Assembly: GCA_028825365.1 (NCBI GenBank)
Contig: JAPKAF010000001.1
Location: forward strand, 22,444-86,443
Length of the DNA stretch: 64,000 nt
Source: Flavobacteriaceae bacterium
GTDB taxonomy: Bacteria > Bacteroidota > Bacteroidia > Flavobacteriales > Flavobacteriaceae
Direction: 5' to 3'
This document shows, piece by piece, positions 1 through 9,951 of this stretch (position 1 is its first letter; every line of letters begins with the position of its first letter). The notes under the pieces are model-generated. The model saw only the letters and a list, made by a program, of their open reading frames with translations. It was not told where the DNA came from and did not search any database. The translations under genes and the position numbers were made by a program.

Positions 1-153
1 ATATTTATTTATTAGTCCAAGAGAAGAATCGTTGTAAGTTGAGTCAACTTTTATTTCTTCTGAATTCTCTTTAGACCAGTCGTAAGTTTTGTGAAATTGA
101 GAGAATACTAATGTGTCTAATAATACTAGAATTATAAGAAGAGTTTTTTTCAT
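1..153 (-). CDS. partial CDS: N-terminus of an exported protein (gene continues past the window start)
   Basis: Reverse-strand ATG at 151-153, open to the window edge. My translation MKKTLLIILVLLDTLVFSQFHKTYDWSKENSEEIKVDSTYNDSS has a signal-peptide-like N-terminus. It is absent from the ORF track because the window truncates it. Confidence 0.4.
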   Translation of the reverse strand, partial: MKKTLLIILVLLDTLVFSQFHKTYDWSKENSEEIKVDSTYNDSSLGLINKY

Positions 154-236
154 TATGTTTTTAAATAGACATTTGATTCAAATATATTTATTATAATTAT
201 AGATAAAGTTAAAATATATATAAATTTAACGTATTG

Positions 237-244
237 TATATTTG
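237..244 (+). promoter_or_regulatory. putative Bacteroidota -7 promoter box (TAnnTTTG) for the MenE-like gene
   Basis: TATATTTG is a perfect match to TAnnTTTG and lies only 5 nt upstream of ATG 250. This implies a leaderless or near-leaderless mRNA, or a later start codon. Confidence 0.35.
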
Positions 245-249
245 TAATT

Positions 250-1299
250 ATGATTAAGATTCACAAAAACTTTAAATTAAATTCTAATAATTATAATAAG
301 CAAGAATTAGTAAGTTTTGCTTCTAATAATCTTGCATGTAACGTTAGTTCAATGCCTGATTTATCTAATTTAATTTTAGAGATTTTTAATGATGAATCTT
401 TTATTTCATGTAAAACTTCTGGTTCTACTGGTAAGCCTAAAGTTATTAGGTTAGAGAAACAATCCCTTGTAAACTCTGCTTGTATGACAGGTACTTACTT
501 TAATCTTTTACCTGGTCATTCTGCTGTATCTTTTTTACCTATGAATTTCATTGCTGGAAAAATGATGTTAGTAAGAGCGATGGTTTTAGGGTTAGATTTA
601 TCAATTTTCACGCCAACTTCTAATCCAAGTGATCAAATAGATAAAAAATATTTTTTTTCTGCGATGACTCCAATGCAGGCTAATAATTCAATTGCTAAAT
701 TAAAATATATAAATACACTTATTTTAGGAGGGAGTGAAGTTTCAACTATTTTACGATCAAAAATTCTTTCACAAATAGATAGTTATTATGAAACTTATGG
801 GATGACTGAAACAGCTACTCACATTGCTGTAAAAAAAATATCAAAAAATGATCAAGATATAAATCAATTTTCAGCTCTAAGTGGAGTTAGTATCTCTACT
901 AATAAAAACAACTGTTTAGTAATTGATGCCCCTCATTTAACTAAAGATAAAATAGTTACTAATGATATTGTAGAAATTAGATCTTCTAACAATTTTTCTA
1001 TTATTGGTAGGATAGATAATATCATTAATTCTGCTGGAATCAAACTAATACCAGAGAAAATTGAAAACAAACTATCTACTTTTATTTCCAAAAATTTTAT
1101 TATTTCATCCCTCAAAGATGAATTATTAGGTAATAAACTAATTTTAATAATTGAGTCAAAAAAATATAAACTAAATAATGACATTTTTAAATATTTAACC
1201 AAATTTGAAGTTCCAAAACAGGTTTATTTTATTAATAAATTCACCTACACAAGAACAAACAAAATAGATAGGGTTAAAACTTTAGAAACAATAAACTAA
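250..1299 (+). CDS. AMP-dependent (ANL superfamily) ligase, short O-succinylbenzoate-CoA ligase-like
   Basis: 349-aa ORF with the ANL motifs TSGSTGKPKVI and YGMTET. Its size matches the short MenE-like proteins of Flavobacteriia. Confidence 0.6.
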   Translation: MIKIHKNFKLNSNNYNKQELVSFASNNLACNVSSMPDLSNLILEIFNDESFISCKTSGSTGKPKVIRLEKQSLVNSACMTGTYFNLLPGHSAVSFLPMNFIAGKMMLVRAMVLGLDLSIFTPTSNPSDQIDKKYFFSAMTPMQANNSIAKLKYINTLILGGSEVSTILRSKILSQIDSYYETYGMTETATHIAVKKISKNDQDINQFSALSGVSISTNKNNCLVIDAPHLTKDKIVTNDIVEIRSSNNFSIIGRIDNIINSAGIKLIPEKIENKLSTFISKNFIISSLKDELLGNKLILIIESKKYKLNNDIFKYLTKFEVPKQVYFINKFTYTRTNKIDRVKTLETIN

Positions 1300-1305
1300 A
1301 CAGCT

Positions 1306-2625
1306 ATGTATAAATTAATTATCACAATACTAATAACAACTAATTTATTTTCTCAAGAAATATTAGTTCAAAAAGACAGAGCCAATGTTATAAATAAGGT
1401 ACTAGAAGATAGGCTAAACAATCTTTTGCCGATTCTTATGGATCAATCAGGGATTGACATGTGGGTGTTAATCTCAAGAGAATACAATGAGGATCCTGTT
1501 CTAAAAACAATGCTTCCAGCAGAGTGGTTAAATGCTAGACGACGTACCATTATTGTTTTTTATCGAGATAAAAAGAACAACACAATTGATAAGTTGGCTG
1601 TAGCTAGATATAATTTTGGGGATAACATAATCTCTGCATGGGATAAAGAAAAACAACCAGAGCAGTGGCAAAGATTAGTCGAGCTGATCAAAGAAAGAGA
1701 GCCTAATCAAATTGGTTTAAATTTCTCTAAATATTTCAATATTTCAGATGGTTTAGATAAAACAGATTTTGATGAGTTTATGGATTTCCTGCCAATTGAA
1801 TATAAAAACAAAATTGTTAGTGCTGAGACATTATCTAATTTATGGATAGAAACTAGAACTGAATATGAAATGAAGTTATATGAAAATATTATTGAAATTA
1901 CTCACAATATTATTTCAGAGGCATTTTCTAATTCAGTAATAAAGCCTGGTTTAACTACAACGACTGATGTGGAGTGGTGGATGAGGCAGAAAGTAACAGA
2001 ACTTGGTTTGGATACTTGGTTTCATCCTACTGTAGATATTCAGCGTAACGATGAAATGCAGAAGGACCATTTAAATTCTTTTTCAGATAGACCTAATGAT
2101 AAAACAATTATTTATGGAGATTTACTTCATTGTGATTTTGGAATAACTTATCTGAGATTAAACTCAGATTGTCAGCAAATTGCTTACGTTATGAAACAAT
2201 CTGACAGCATTATTCCTGAATTTTTAACAAAAGCATTTAAAAAAGGAAATGAGTTACAGGATATTTTAACTAAAAACTTTACTTATTTAGATACTGGTAA
2301 TGAAATTCTCATTAATTCTTTGAATGAAGCTAAGGCTGAAGGTTTGAGACCGTCAATTTATACTCATCCCTTAGGTTCTTATGGTCACTCCTCAGGACCA
2401 ACAATAGGCATGTGGGATTCTCAACAAGGAGTAATTGGCGCAGGAGACTATCCTTTAAATTACAATACAGTTTACGCTATAGAGCTTAATATAACTACGT
2501 TTATAACAGAGTGGAATCGAGATATTAAAATAATGTTAGAGGAAGCTGGTTTTTTCGGTAAAAACGGATTTAGATATGTTAACAATAGACAAACTAAAAT
2601 AATTGAAATTCCATTTATTAATTAA
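1306..2625 (+). CDS. M24 family metallopeptidase (Xaa-Pro peptidase/creatinase fold), exported
   Basis: 439-aa ORF with a hydrophobic N-terminus. The C-terminal pita-bread-type pattern has candidate metal ligands in HCDFG, HPLGSYGHSSGP, AIELN and MLEEAG. Confidence 0.65.
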   Translation: MYKLIITILITTNLFSQEILVQKDRANVINKVLEDRLNNLLPILMDQSGIDMWVLISREYNEDPVLKTMLPAEWLNARRRTIIVFYRDKKNNTIDKLAVARYNFGDNIISAWDKEKQPEQWQRLVELIKEREPNQIGLNFSKYFNISDGLDKTDFDEFMDFLPIEYKNKIVSAETLSNLWIETRTEYEMKLYENIIEITHNIISEAFSNSVIKPGLTTTTDVEWWMRQKVTELGLDTWFHPTVDIQRNDEMQKDHLNSFSDRPNDKTIIYGDLLHCDFGITYLRLNSDCQQIAYVMKQSDSIIPEFLTKAFKKGNELQDILTKNFTYLDTGNEILINSLNEAKAEGLRPSIYTHPLGSYGHSSGPTIGMWDSQQGVIGAGDYPLNYNTVYAIELNITTFITEWNRDIKIMLEEAGFFGKNGFRYVNNRQTKIIEIPFIN

Positions 2626-2657
2626 TAATTTGATTAGTTTAGTAAAAAATTAATTTA

Positions 2658-3101
2658 ATGAAAAGACCCCTAGTTTTAGTACTGTTTTTCTTATTCTCAA
2701 TTTCATCATATTCTCAAATTAATAATATTCAAAGAGGTCAAAGAGGTTATGCCCCTATGCCTAAATATGATAGTTCTGCATATGTTTCTACTTTAAATAT
2801 TTATAAAGAATTAGATAAAATTTTACCTAAATGTAAAGCGGAGTTTGTTTTAGACGAGTTTGAGATGCAAATACTTAAAGGTTTGCTTATTGAAAAGATG
2901 GAAAGTTACAATATGATTGTAGATAATGAAGATTATACCCGTGATGTAAGACTTAGTAAACTTAAATTGAACGAATTTGAATATGTAAAATCTTTAAATT
3001 CAATTTTAAGTTCTGCGGAAGTTTCAAGGTATATCGAAATGGACTTTGAGAGTGATAGTAAGGAAAAAAAGAAAAAAAGAAAAAAAAGAAAAAAATCTTA
3101 G
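2658..3101 (+). CDS. hypothetical exported protein with a poly-Lys/Arg C-terminal tail
   Basis: 147-aa ORF with a signal-like N-terminus (LVLVLFFLFSISSYSQ) and the tail SKEKKKKRKKRKKS. I recognise no domain. Confidence 0.5.
   Translation: MKRPLVLVLFFLFSISSYSQINNIQRGQRGYAPMPKYDSSAYVSTLNIYKELDKILPKCKAEFVLDEFEMQILKGLLIEKMESYNMIVDNEDYTRDVRLSKLKLNEFEYVKSLNSILSSAEVSRYIEMDFESDSKEKKKKRKKRKKS
3064..3095 (+). repeat. purine-only A-tract array (A7 G A7 G A8 G A7)
   Basis: Read directly at 3064-3095. It encodes the lysine-rich tail of the 147-aa ORF. Confidence 0.9.
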
Positions 3102-3107
3102 TTTGAT

Positions 3108-3293
3108 ATGAAAATGATGAATAAAAATACGGTTTTAGGATGGGCGACTTTTATAATGATAATTATAGGTTTAGTTCTTGTAGGCTTAGGTGCCTTTAAA
3201 TATAATGAAGTAGCCGGCTGGGGTTTTGTCTCAGTAGGTGTTGGTTTTTTTGCTAATGCATGGGTTTTCTATGCGCTTAAAGGAAGAGTTTAA
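3108..3293 (+). CDS. small membrane protein (two hydrophobic segments)
   Basis: 61-aa ORF. Its stop overlaps the ettA start (TAATG at 3291-3295), which suggests translational coupling. Confidence 0.5.
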   Translation: MKMMNKNTVLGWATFIMIIIGLVLVGLGAFKYNEVAGWGFVSVGVGFFANAWVFYALKGRV

Positions 3294-4984
3294 TGAGCGA
3301 TGATAAGAAAATAATATTCTCAATGTCTGGTTTAACCAAGACATTTCCAGGTGAAAGTAAAGCTGTATTAAAGAATATTTATTTAAGCTTTTTTTACGGA
3401 GCTAAAATTGGAATACTTGGACTAAATGGTTCTGGAAAATCTACATTATTAAAAATTATTGCAGGTTTAGATAATAATTTTCAAGGAGATATAACTTTCT
3501 TACAAGACTATTCTGTTGGTTTTTTAGAACAAGAGCCAATTCTTGATGATAATAAAACAGTTCTAGAAATTGTTAAAGAAGGAGTAAGTGAAACAGTAGC
3601 TATTTTAGACGAATACAATGGAATTAACGATAAATTTGGTTTAGAGGAAGTTTACTCTAATGCGGATAAAATGCAGAAATTGATGGATAGACAGGCTGTT
3701 CTTCAGGATATGATTGACGCTTCAAATGCCTGGGAATTAGACACCAAGTTAGAGATAGCTATGGACGCTTTAAGAACACCAAGTCCAGAGAAGCAAATTA
3801 AATATTTGTCTGGAGGGGAAAGAAGAAGAGTAGCTTTATGCAGATTGTTATTAAAAGAACCTGATGTGTTATTATTAGATGAACCTACAAATCACTTAGA
3901 TGCTGAGTCTGTTGACTGGTTAGAACAACATTTATCTAGATATAAAGGGACAGTGATTGCAGTAACTCACGATAGATACTTTTTAGATAATGTAGCTGGT
4001 TGGATTTTAGAACTAGATAGGGGTGAAGGAATTCCTTGGAAAGGTAATTATTCATCTTGGTTAGACCAAAAGTCCACAAGACTAGCACAGGAAAGTAAAG
4101 TCGCATCAAAGAGGCAAAAAATTCTTGAAAGAGAATTAGACTGGGTTAGACAAGGAGCTAAGGGTAGGCAAACAAAACAAAAGGCAAGATTAAGTAATTA
4201 TGATAAGTTGTTGAACCAAGATCAAAAACAGCTAGATGAAAAGTTAGAAATATATATACCTAATGGACCTCGTTTAGGTACTAACGTTATCAACTCAATT
4301 AAGGTTAGTAAAGCATTTGATGATAAATTATTATATGATAATCTAGAATTTAGTTTACCCCAAGCTGGAATCGTGGGAGTGATAGGTCCTAACGGAGCTG
4401 GAAAGACAACTATATTTAAAATGATTATGAAGGAACTAAACCCTGATAAAGGTGAGTTTTTAATTGGTGAAACTGCTAAAATAGCATATGTAGATCAGTC
4501 GCATACAAATATTGATTTAGAAAAAAGCATATGGGAAAATTTTTCCGATGGTCAAGAGCTAATTTCAATGGGAGATAGGCAAGTGAATTCTAGAGCTTAT
4601 CTGAGTAGATTTAATTTTAGTGGTAGTGAGCAAAATAAAAAAGTAAAATTACTTTCTGGAGGTGAAAGAAATAGACTTCATTTAGCTATGACATTAAAAG
4701 AAGAGGGTAATGTGTTACTTCTTGATGAGCCAACTAATGACTTAGATGTCAATACTTTAAGAGCTTTAGAAGAAGGCTTGGAAAGTTTTGCTGGTTGTGC
4801 AGTAGTGATAAGTCACGATAGATGGTTTTTAGATAGAGTTTGTACTCACATATTAGCATTTGAAGGAAACTCTGAAGTATACTTTTTTGAAGGAGCTTAT
4901 AGTGAATATGAGGAGAATAAAAAGAAAAGACTTGGTAAAGAAACTCTCCCAACTAGAATTAAATACAGAAAACTAATTAGATAA
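3293..4984 (+). CDS. ettA: ABC-F ATPase, energy-dependent translational throttle protein EttA
   Basis: 563 aa with two Walker A motifs (GLNGSGKST, GPNGAGKTT), two LSGGE signatures and no TM domain. The N-terminus is typical of EttA/YjjK. Confidence 0.9.
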   Translation: MSDDKKIIFSMSGLTKTFPGESKAVLKNIYLSFFYGAKIGILGLNGSGKSTLLKIIAGLDNNFQGDITFLQDYSVGFLEQEPILDDNKTVLEIVKEGVSETVAILDEYNGINDKFGLEEVYSNADKMQKLMDRQAVLQDMIDASNAWELDTKLEIAMDALRTPSPEKQIKYLSGGERRRVALCRLLLKEPDVLLLDEPTNHLDAESVDWLEQHLSRYKGTVIAVTHDRYFLDNVAGWILELDRGEGIPWKGNYSSWLDQKSTRLAQESKVASKRQKILERELDWVRQGAKGRQTKQKARLSNYDKLLNQDQKQLDEKLEIYIPNGPRLGTNVINSIKVSKAFDDKLLYDNLEFSLPQAGIVGVIGPNGAGKTTIFKMIMKELNPDKGEFLIGETAKIAYVDQSHTNIDLEKSIWENFSDGQELISMGDRQVNSRAYLSRFNFSGSEQNKKVKLLSGGERNRLHLAMTLKEEGNVLLLDEPTNDLDVNTLRALEEGLESFAGCAVVISHDRWFLDRVCTHILAFEGNSEVYFFEGAYSEYEENKKKRLGKETLPTRIKYRKLIR

Positions 4985-5441
4985 ATAATTCCATTTTTAT
5001 GTTTGCTCTTTTGTAGGGGCAATCTTTTTCTAAATTAATTTCAGTAAAGTTATATTTAAGGTATAAATAGATAGCATTTTTCAGTATTCTATTCGAGTAT
5101 AATATAAGTTTATGTATTTTTCTTTGTTTTGCAATAGATATAATTTCTTTTAGTATTTTTTGCCCAATTTTTTGATTTCTACACTTTGGATCTACAGCCA
5201 TTTTAGTTAACTCATAGATGTTTACTTTATTAGTGGGCATTAATGCAACAGTTCCTACTATCTCTTTTTTAATGACTGCAAATAAAATTATACCACCCCT
5301 GTTAATTATATATTTTTCTGGATTACTTAGTATTAATCTGTCGTGTTCTTCCACATAAAAATAGGATTCTAACCATTCTATGTTTAAATTATAAAATTCA
5401 CTAGAATATTTATCTTGATAATTTATAAAACTAACCTTCAT
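4977..5441 (-). CDS. GNAT family N-acetyltransferase
   Basis: 154 aa with an acetyl-CoA binding-type motif (RNQKIGQKIL) in a GNAT-sized protein. Confidence 0.7.
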   Translation of the reverse strand: MKVSFINYQDKYSSEFYNLNIEWLESYFYVEEHDRLILSNPEKYIINRGGIILFAVIKKEIVGTVALMPTNKVNIYELTKMAVDPKCRNQKIGQKILKEIISIAKQRKIHKLILYSNRILKNAIYLYLKYNFTEINLEKDCPYKRANIKMELFI

Positions 5442-5505
5442 AATTAGATCTAATATTTGAATAATTAAATTTAATATTAATATATTTATTTCATATAAAA
5501 AAATT

Positions 5506-7194
5506 ATGCAATTAATAGAATGTGTTCCAAATATTTCTGAAGGTAGAAATCAAATTGTAATCGATAAGATTGTTGATGTCATTGAAACCGTAGATGGAGT
5601 TAAATTACTTAATGTAGACCCTGGAAAAGCAACTAACAGAACAGTTATTACTTTTGTAGGGGAGCCACAAGCTGTAATTGATGCTGCTTTTTTGTTAATT
5701 GAAAAAGCTAAAGAGCTTATTGATATGAGTTTACACAATGGAGAGCACCCTAGAATGGGAGCTGTTGATGTTTGCCCGTTGATACCAATTTCAAATATTA
5801 CAATGGAGGAGACTGTTGAATATGCTCATAAATTAGGTGAAAGAGTTGGAGATGAATTAGGTATTCCAATTTATTGTTATGAAAATGCAGCCAAAGAAGA
5901 TAAACGTGTGAATCTATCGAATTGTAGATCCGGTGAATATGAAGGATTATCTAAAAAGATTATAACATCAGTTTGGAAGCCTGATTATGGCCCAAGTAAG
6001 TTTACTGAAAGCGTTGTTAAATCTGGTGTTACTGCTATTTCTGCGCGTGATTTTTTAATTGCTTACAATGTTAATTTAAACTCAACTTCATCAAGAAGAG
6101 CTAATGCTATAGCGTTTGATCTAAGAGAAGCAGGTAGAATTAAACGAGAGGGAGATAAAATTTCAGGAAAAATAGTAAAAGATAAAAATGGCGAAGCTGT
6201 TAGACAGCCAGGGATATTTAAAAATCTAAAAGGAATTGGTTGGTATATTGAAGAATATGGAATTGCTCAAATTTCATATAATTTAACTAATATTAATATT
6301 ACAAGTTTACATGATGTATTTGAAAAGACTTGCCAAAGAGCAGAGATTAGAGGGCTCAGAGTCACTGGTTCTGAATTAATAGGATTAGTACCTAAAAAGG
6401 TTTTGATAGATGCTGGTAAATATTTTTTACAAAAACAAAGCAGATCTTTAGCTATTTCAGATGAAGAAATAATTCATATTGCGATTAAGTCTTTAGGTCT
6501 AGACGAACTGCAACCCTTTAATCCTGAAGAGCGAATCATTGAATACGCGCTAAAAAATGACGATCAACAACTAGCTAAGATGAATTTAATTGAATTCGCT
6601 AATAAAACTTCTAGTGAATCACCTGCACCTGGTGGCGGTTCAATTTCTGCGTATTGTGGTGCTTTAGGAGCTGCTTTATCCACAATGGTTGCTAATTTAT
6701 CTGCAAATAAAAGAGGATGGGAAGACAAATGGGAGTTTTATTCTAAATGGGGTGAGAAAAGTTTAGCTTACCAAAACATATTAGTAATGCTAGTAGATGA
6801 AGATACTCTAGCGTTTAATAGAATAATGGCAGCAGTTTCACTACCTAAAGATTCAGATGAGCAAAAAGAAACTCGATTAACGGCTCTTCAATCTGCCACA
6901 AAATATGCTATTGAAGTACCTTTTAAAATTATGGAAACTTCATTTGCTTGCTTAGAGAGCATTAAATGTATGGCAGATGCAGGTAATCCAAATTCTATTT
7001 CTGATGCAGGTGTTGCAGCTTTATGTATCCGTACAGCTGTAATGGGTGCGTATTTGAATGTGAGAATCAACTGTAAAGATTTAAATGATGATAATTATGT
7101 ATCTGATATTATACAAAAAGGTAAGTTGATAGTTGAACAAACTAATCTGATAGAAAAAGAAATAATGTTATTAGTAGATAAGCATCTTAATTAA
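5506..7194 (+). CDS. ftcD: bifunctional glutamate formimidoyltransferase / formimidoyl-THF cyclodeaminase (FTCD)
   Basis: One 562-aa ORF carries the N-terminal LIECVPNISEGRN formiminotransferase signature and a C-terminal helical cyclodeaminase-type domain (SPAPGGGSISAY). Confidence 0.85.
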   Translation: MQLIECVPNISEGRNQIVIDKIVDVIETVDGVKLLNVDPGKATNRTVITFVGEPQAVIDAAFLLIEKAKELIDMSLHNGEHPRMGAVDVCPLIPISNITMEETVEYAHKLGERVGDELGIPIYCYENAAKEDKRVNLSNCRSGEYEGLSKKIITSVWKPDYGPSKFTESVVKSGVTAISARDFLIAYNVNLNSTSSRRANAIAFDLREAGRIKREGDKISGKIVKDKNGEAVRQPGIFKNLKGIGWYIEEYGIAQISYNLTNINITSLHDVFEKTCQRAEIRGLRVTGSELIGLVPKKVLIDAGKYFLQKQSRSLAISDEEIIHIAIKSLGLDELQPFNPEERIIEYALKNDDQQLAKMNLIEFANKTSSESPAPGGGSISAYCGALGAALSTMVANLSANKRGWEDKWEFYSKWGEKSLAYQNILVMLVDEDTLAFNRIMAAVSLPKDSDEQKETRLTALQSATKYAIEVPFKIMETSFACLESIKCMADAGNPNSISDAGVAALCIRTAVMGAYLNVRINCKDLNDDNYVSDIIQKGKLIVEQTNLIEKEIMLLVDKHLN

Positions 7195-7195
7195 A

Positions 7196-8437
7196 TCAAA
7201 CAATAGCACCTGCTAAAATCACTTTACTGATTTTGTCACATCCGAATGAGTATGGTATTTCATCTATAGAATTTAATTTATCTGTGATAATTAAATTTGC
7301 AATTTTACCTATAGTTATACTTCCTGCTTTATCACTTATTCCCATAGAATATGCACCATTAATTGTTGCTGCATTAATTGCTTCTTCAGTAGTCATTTTC
7401 ATTTTTATACATGCAGTACTAACTACGAAATTCATATTCCCACTTGGTGAAGACCCGGGATTATAGTCACTTGCGATAGCTAATGGTAAACCGCTATCGA
7501 TTATTTTTCTTGCTGGTGTATAATTGATGCCAAGAAAATAGGAACAAGTAGGAAGTGCTACCGGCATTGTAGAGCTGTTTTTTAAGATTTCTAAATCTTT
7601 ATCATTTAACACTTCAAGATGATCTACAGACAAGGCATTATATTTCACTGCTAATTTTATACCACCTATTGAATTAAACTGGTTTACGTGAATTTTAGTT
7701 TGTATACCCAGTTCTTGAGCTTTAGAAATTATTTTTTCTGATTGAGATAAGTCAAAATAACCTTTTTCGCAAAACACATCTACATAATTAATTAGTTGTA
7801 GTTTATGAAATTCAGGAAGCATATTGTTAATAATAAGATCTACATATTGATGTTTGTTCTTTGAAAATTCCTTAGGAAATGCATGAGCTCCTAAAAAAGT
7901 TGATTTTACTATAATTTCAGTACTTTTATTGATCTCAGAAATTACTTCTAGCATTTTCTTTTCAGAGTCTATATTTAAACCATAGCCAGATTTAATCTCA
8001 ATTGCACCTGTCCCTTGTTTAATTACATTATGTACTCTTTCTAAAGATTGTTCTAATAAATCTTTTTTACTAGTATTTCTTAGAATTTCAACAGAATTTA
8101 ATATTCCTCCGCCATTATTTGCAATTTCAGTATAGCTCAAGCCTTTAATTCTATCTATAAACTCTTTTGATCTGTTTCCAGAGTAAACTATATGGGTATG
8201 GGAATCACACCACGAAGGCAGCACCATTTGGCCATTACAATCAATAACCTTAAAATTATCTAATTTTTTTGGACAATTCTCCATCTCACCAAATTCTTTT
8301 ATAAAAGAATTTTCTAATAACAAATATGCATTATTAATTGAAGGAATAATACCCATGTCTTTTCCAGAAACGTATTGAACGTTGCTATCTCTAACCTGTA
8401 AAAGTTTTTTTATATTTATTAAGAGAGTAAATGACAT
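7196..8437 (-). CDS. hutI: imidazolonepropionase
   Basis: 413 aa with the DSHTHIVYSGNR metal motif, a GGGI loop and an amidohydrolase pattern. Confidence 0.9.
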   Translation of the reverse strand: MSFTLLINIKKLLQVRDSNVQYVSGKDMGIIPSINNAYLLLENSFIKEFGEMENCPKKLDNFKVIDCNGQMVLPSWCDSHTHIVYSGNRSKEFIDRIKGLSYTEIANNGGGILNSVEILRNTSKKDLLEQSLERVHNVIKQGTGAIEIKSGYGLNIDSEKKMLEVISEINKSTEIIVKSTFLGAHAFPKEFSKNKHQYVDLIINNMLPEFHKLQLINYVDVFCEKGYFDLSQSEKIISKAQELGIQTKIHVNQFNSIGGIKLAVKYNALSVDHLEVLNDKDLEILKNSSTMPVALPTCSYFLGINYTPARKIIDSGLPLAIASDYNPGSSPSGNMNFVVSTACIKMKMTTEEAINAATINGAYSMGISDKAGSITIGKIANLIITDKLNSIDEIPYSFGCDKISKVILAGAIV

Positions 8438-8450
8438 TTTATAAATTTAT

Positions 8451-9836
8451 TTAAATCATATTTTCTGGTCTTACCCACTCATCATATTCTGAAGCTGTTA
8501 AATAACCTAAGTTAATAGCTTCCTCCTTTAATGTAGTTCCATTTTGATGTGCTTTATTAGCTATTTCTGCAGCTTTATAATAACCTATTTTTGGATTAAG
8601 TGCAGTTACAAGCATTAAAGAGCTATTTAATTTTTCTTTAATTACTTTTGAATTTGGTTTAATACCCTCGACGCAATTATTACTAAAGCTGTAACATGCA
8701 TCAGCTAATAATTTACAAGATTCAATTAAATTAGATGCCATCATAGGTTTAAAAACGTTCAATTGAAAGTGTCCTTGGGTAGCACCAAATGCAATTGAGG
8801 AGTCATTACCAATTATTTGAGCACAAACCATAGTTAGTGCCTCACACTGAGTTGGGTTTACTTTCCCTGGCATAATAGAGCTACCTGGTTCGTTAGCAGG
8901 AAGTGAAATTTCACCAATACCACTTCTAGGTCCAGATGCTAGAAACCTTATGTCATTACCAATTTTGTTAAGTGTTATTGCGATACCTTTTAATGCAGAA
9001 TGAGATCTAACTATAGCATCGTTAGCAGAAAGAGCTTCAAATTTATTTGGTGCAGTAATAAAAGGAAGTCCTGTTAAGTTAGATATTATTTCAGCAACTT
9101 TTGACGAATATCCTTTTGGTGTATTTAAGCCTGTACCAACAGCTGTACCACCTAAAGCTAGTTCGCTTAAATGATCTAAGGATTCGTTTAAAGCTTTTAT
9201 TCCATGCTCTAACTGAGATACATAAGAAGAAAACTCCTGACCTAAAGTTAATGGAGTAGCATCCATTAGATGTGTTCTCCCTATTTTAATAATAGATTTA
9301 AATTCTACAGTTTTTTTATAAAATTCTTCTTTTAAGTTCTCCAAAGCTGGTATTGTGTGGTCTATTAAAAGCTTGTAAGATGATATGCTTATTGCAGTAG
9401 GGAAGGTGTCGTTTGAAGATTGTGATTTATTGACATCATCGTTTGGCATTACTAGTTTAGTACCATGACCTAGCTTATTTCCTTGTAATTGATGTGATCT
9501 ATTAGAGATAACCTCATTTACATTCATATTAGTTTGAGTACCTGAGCCAGTTTGCCATACTACTAAAGGAAACTCTTTATCGTGATCTCCATTTAATATC
9601 TCATCACATACAGAGGATATTAGATCTTTTTTTTCAATTTCTAGTATTCCTTTTTCATGATTTACAATTGCAGCAGCTTTTTTTAAATATGCAAAAGCAT
9701 AAATAATTTCAAGAGGCATTGAAGAGCTAGGTCCAATTTTAAAATTATTCCTAGATCTCTCAGTTTGAGCACCCCAGAGTTTATTTGCGGGTACTTTTAC
9801 ATCTCCTAAAGTATCTTTTTCTATCCTATATTCCAT
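8451..9836 (-). CDS. fumC: class II fumarate hydratase
   Basis: 461 aa. The lyase-1 signature [16 protein letters not shown] is in the fumarase form, and the N-terminus [11 protein letters not shown]...WGAQT fits fumarase. Confidence 0.9.
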   Translation of the reverse strand: MEYRIEKDTLGDVKVPANKLWGAQTERSRNNFKIGPSSSMPLEIIYAFAYLKKAAAIVNHEKGILEIEKKDLISSVCDEILNGDHDKEFPLVVWQTGSGTQTNMNVNEVISNRSHQLQGNKLGHGTKLVMPNDDVNKSQSSNDTFPTAISISSYKLLIDHTIPALENLKEEFYKKTVEFKSIIKIGRTHLMDATPLTLGQEFSSYVSQLEHGIKALNESLDHLSELALGGTAVGTGLNTPKGYSSKVAEIISNLTGLPFITAPNKFEALSANDAIVRSHSALKGIAITLNKIGNDIRFLASGPRSGIGEISLPANEPGSSIMPGKVNPTQCEALTMVCAQIIGNDSSIAFGATQGHFQLNVFKPMMASNLIESCKLLADACYSFSNNCVEGIKPNSKVIKEKLNSSLMLVTALNPKIGYYKAAEIANKAHQNGTTLKEEAINLGYLTASEYDEWVRPENMI

Positions 9837-9861
9837 ATTATTTATATGTAAAATTAGAATA

Positions 9862-9877
9862 CAAATTTACAAATTTA
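9862..9877 (-). promoter_or_regulatory. tandem pair of -7 boxes (TAAATTTG TAAATTTG on the reverse strand) upstream of fumC
   Basis: The + strand reads CAAATTTACAAATTTA. Each half is a perfect TAnnTTTG on the fumC strand, and the proximal box lies 25 nt from the ATG at 9836. Confidence 0.4.
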
Positions 9878-9925
9878 AGTTCAATTATTTTTTTATTATT
9901 TATTGTTTAAGATTATTAAACAGTA

Positions 9926-9933
9926 TATCTTTG
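9926..9933 (+). promoter_or_regulatory. -7 box (TATCTTTG) upstream of the 57-aa small ORF
   Basis: Perfect TAnnTTTG lying 18 nt upstream of ATG 9952. Confidence 0.4.
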
Positions 9934-9951
9934 GAACTTATTATATAAATT

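Noticed and set aside
8451-9836. Aspartate ammonia-lyase instead of fumarase, which might fit next to amino-acid catabolism genes.
   Set aside because: The signature reads [16 protein letters not shown], the fumarase class II form. Aspartases carry a different residue pattern after KVNP, and the N-terminus also matches FumC.
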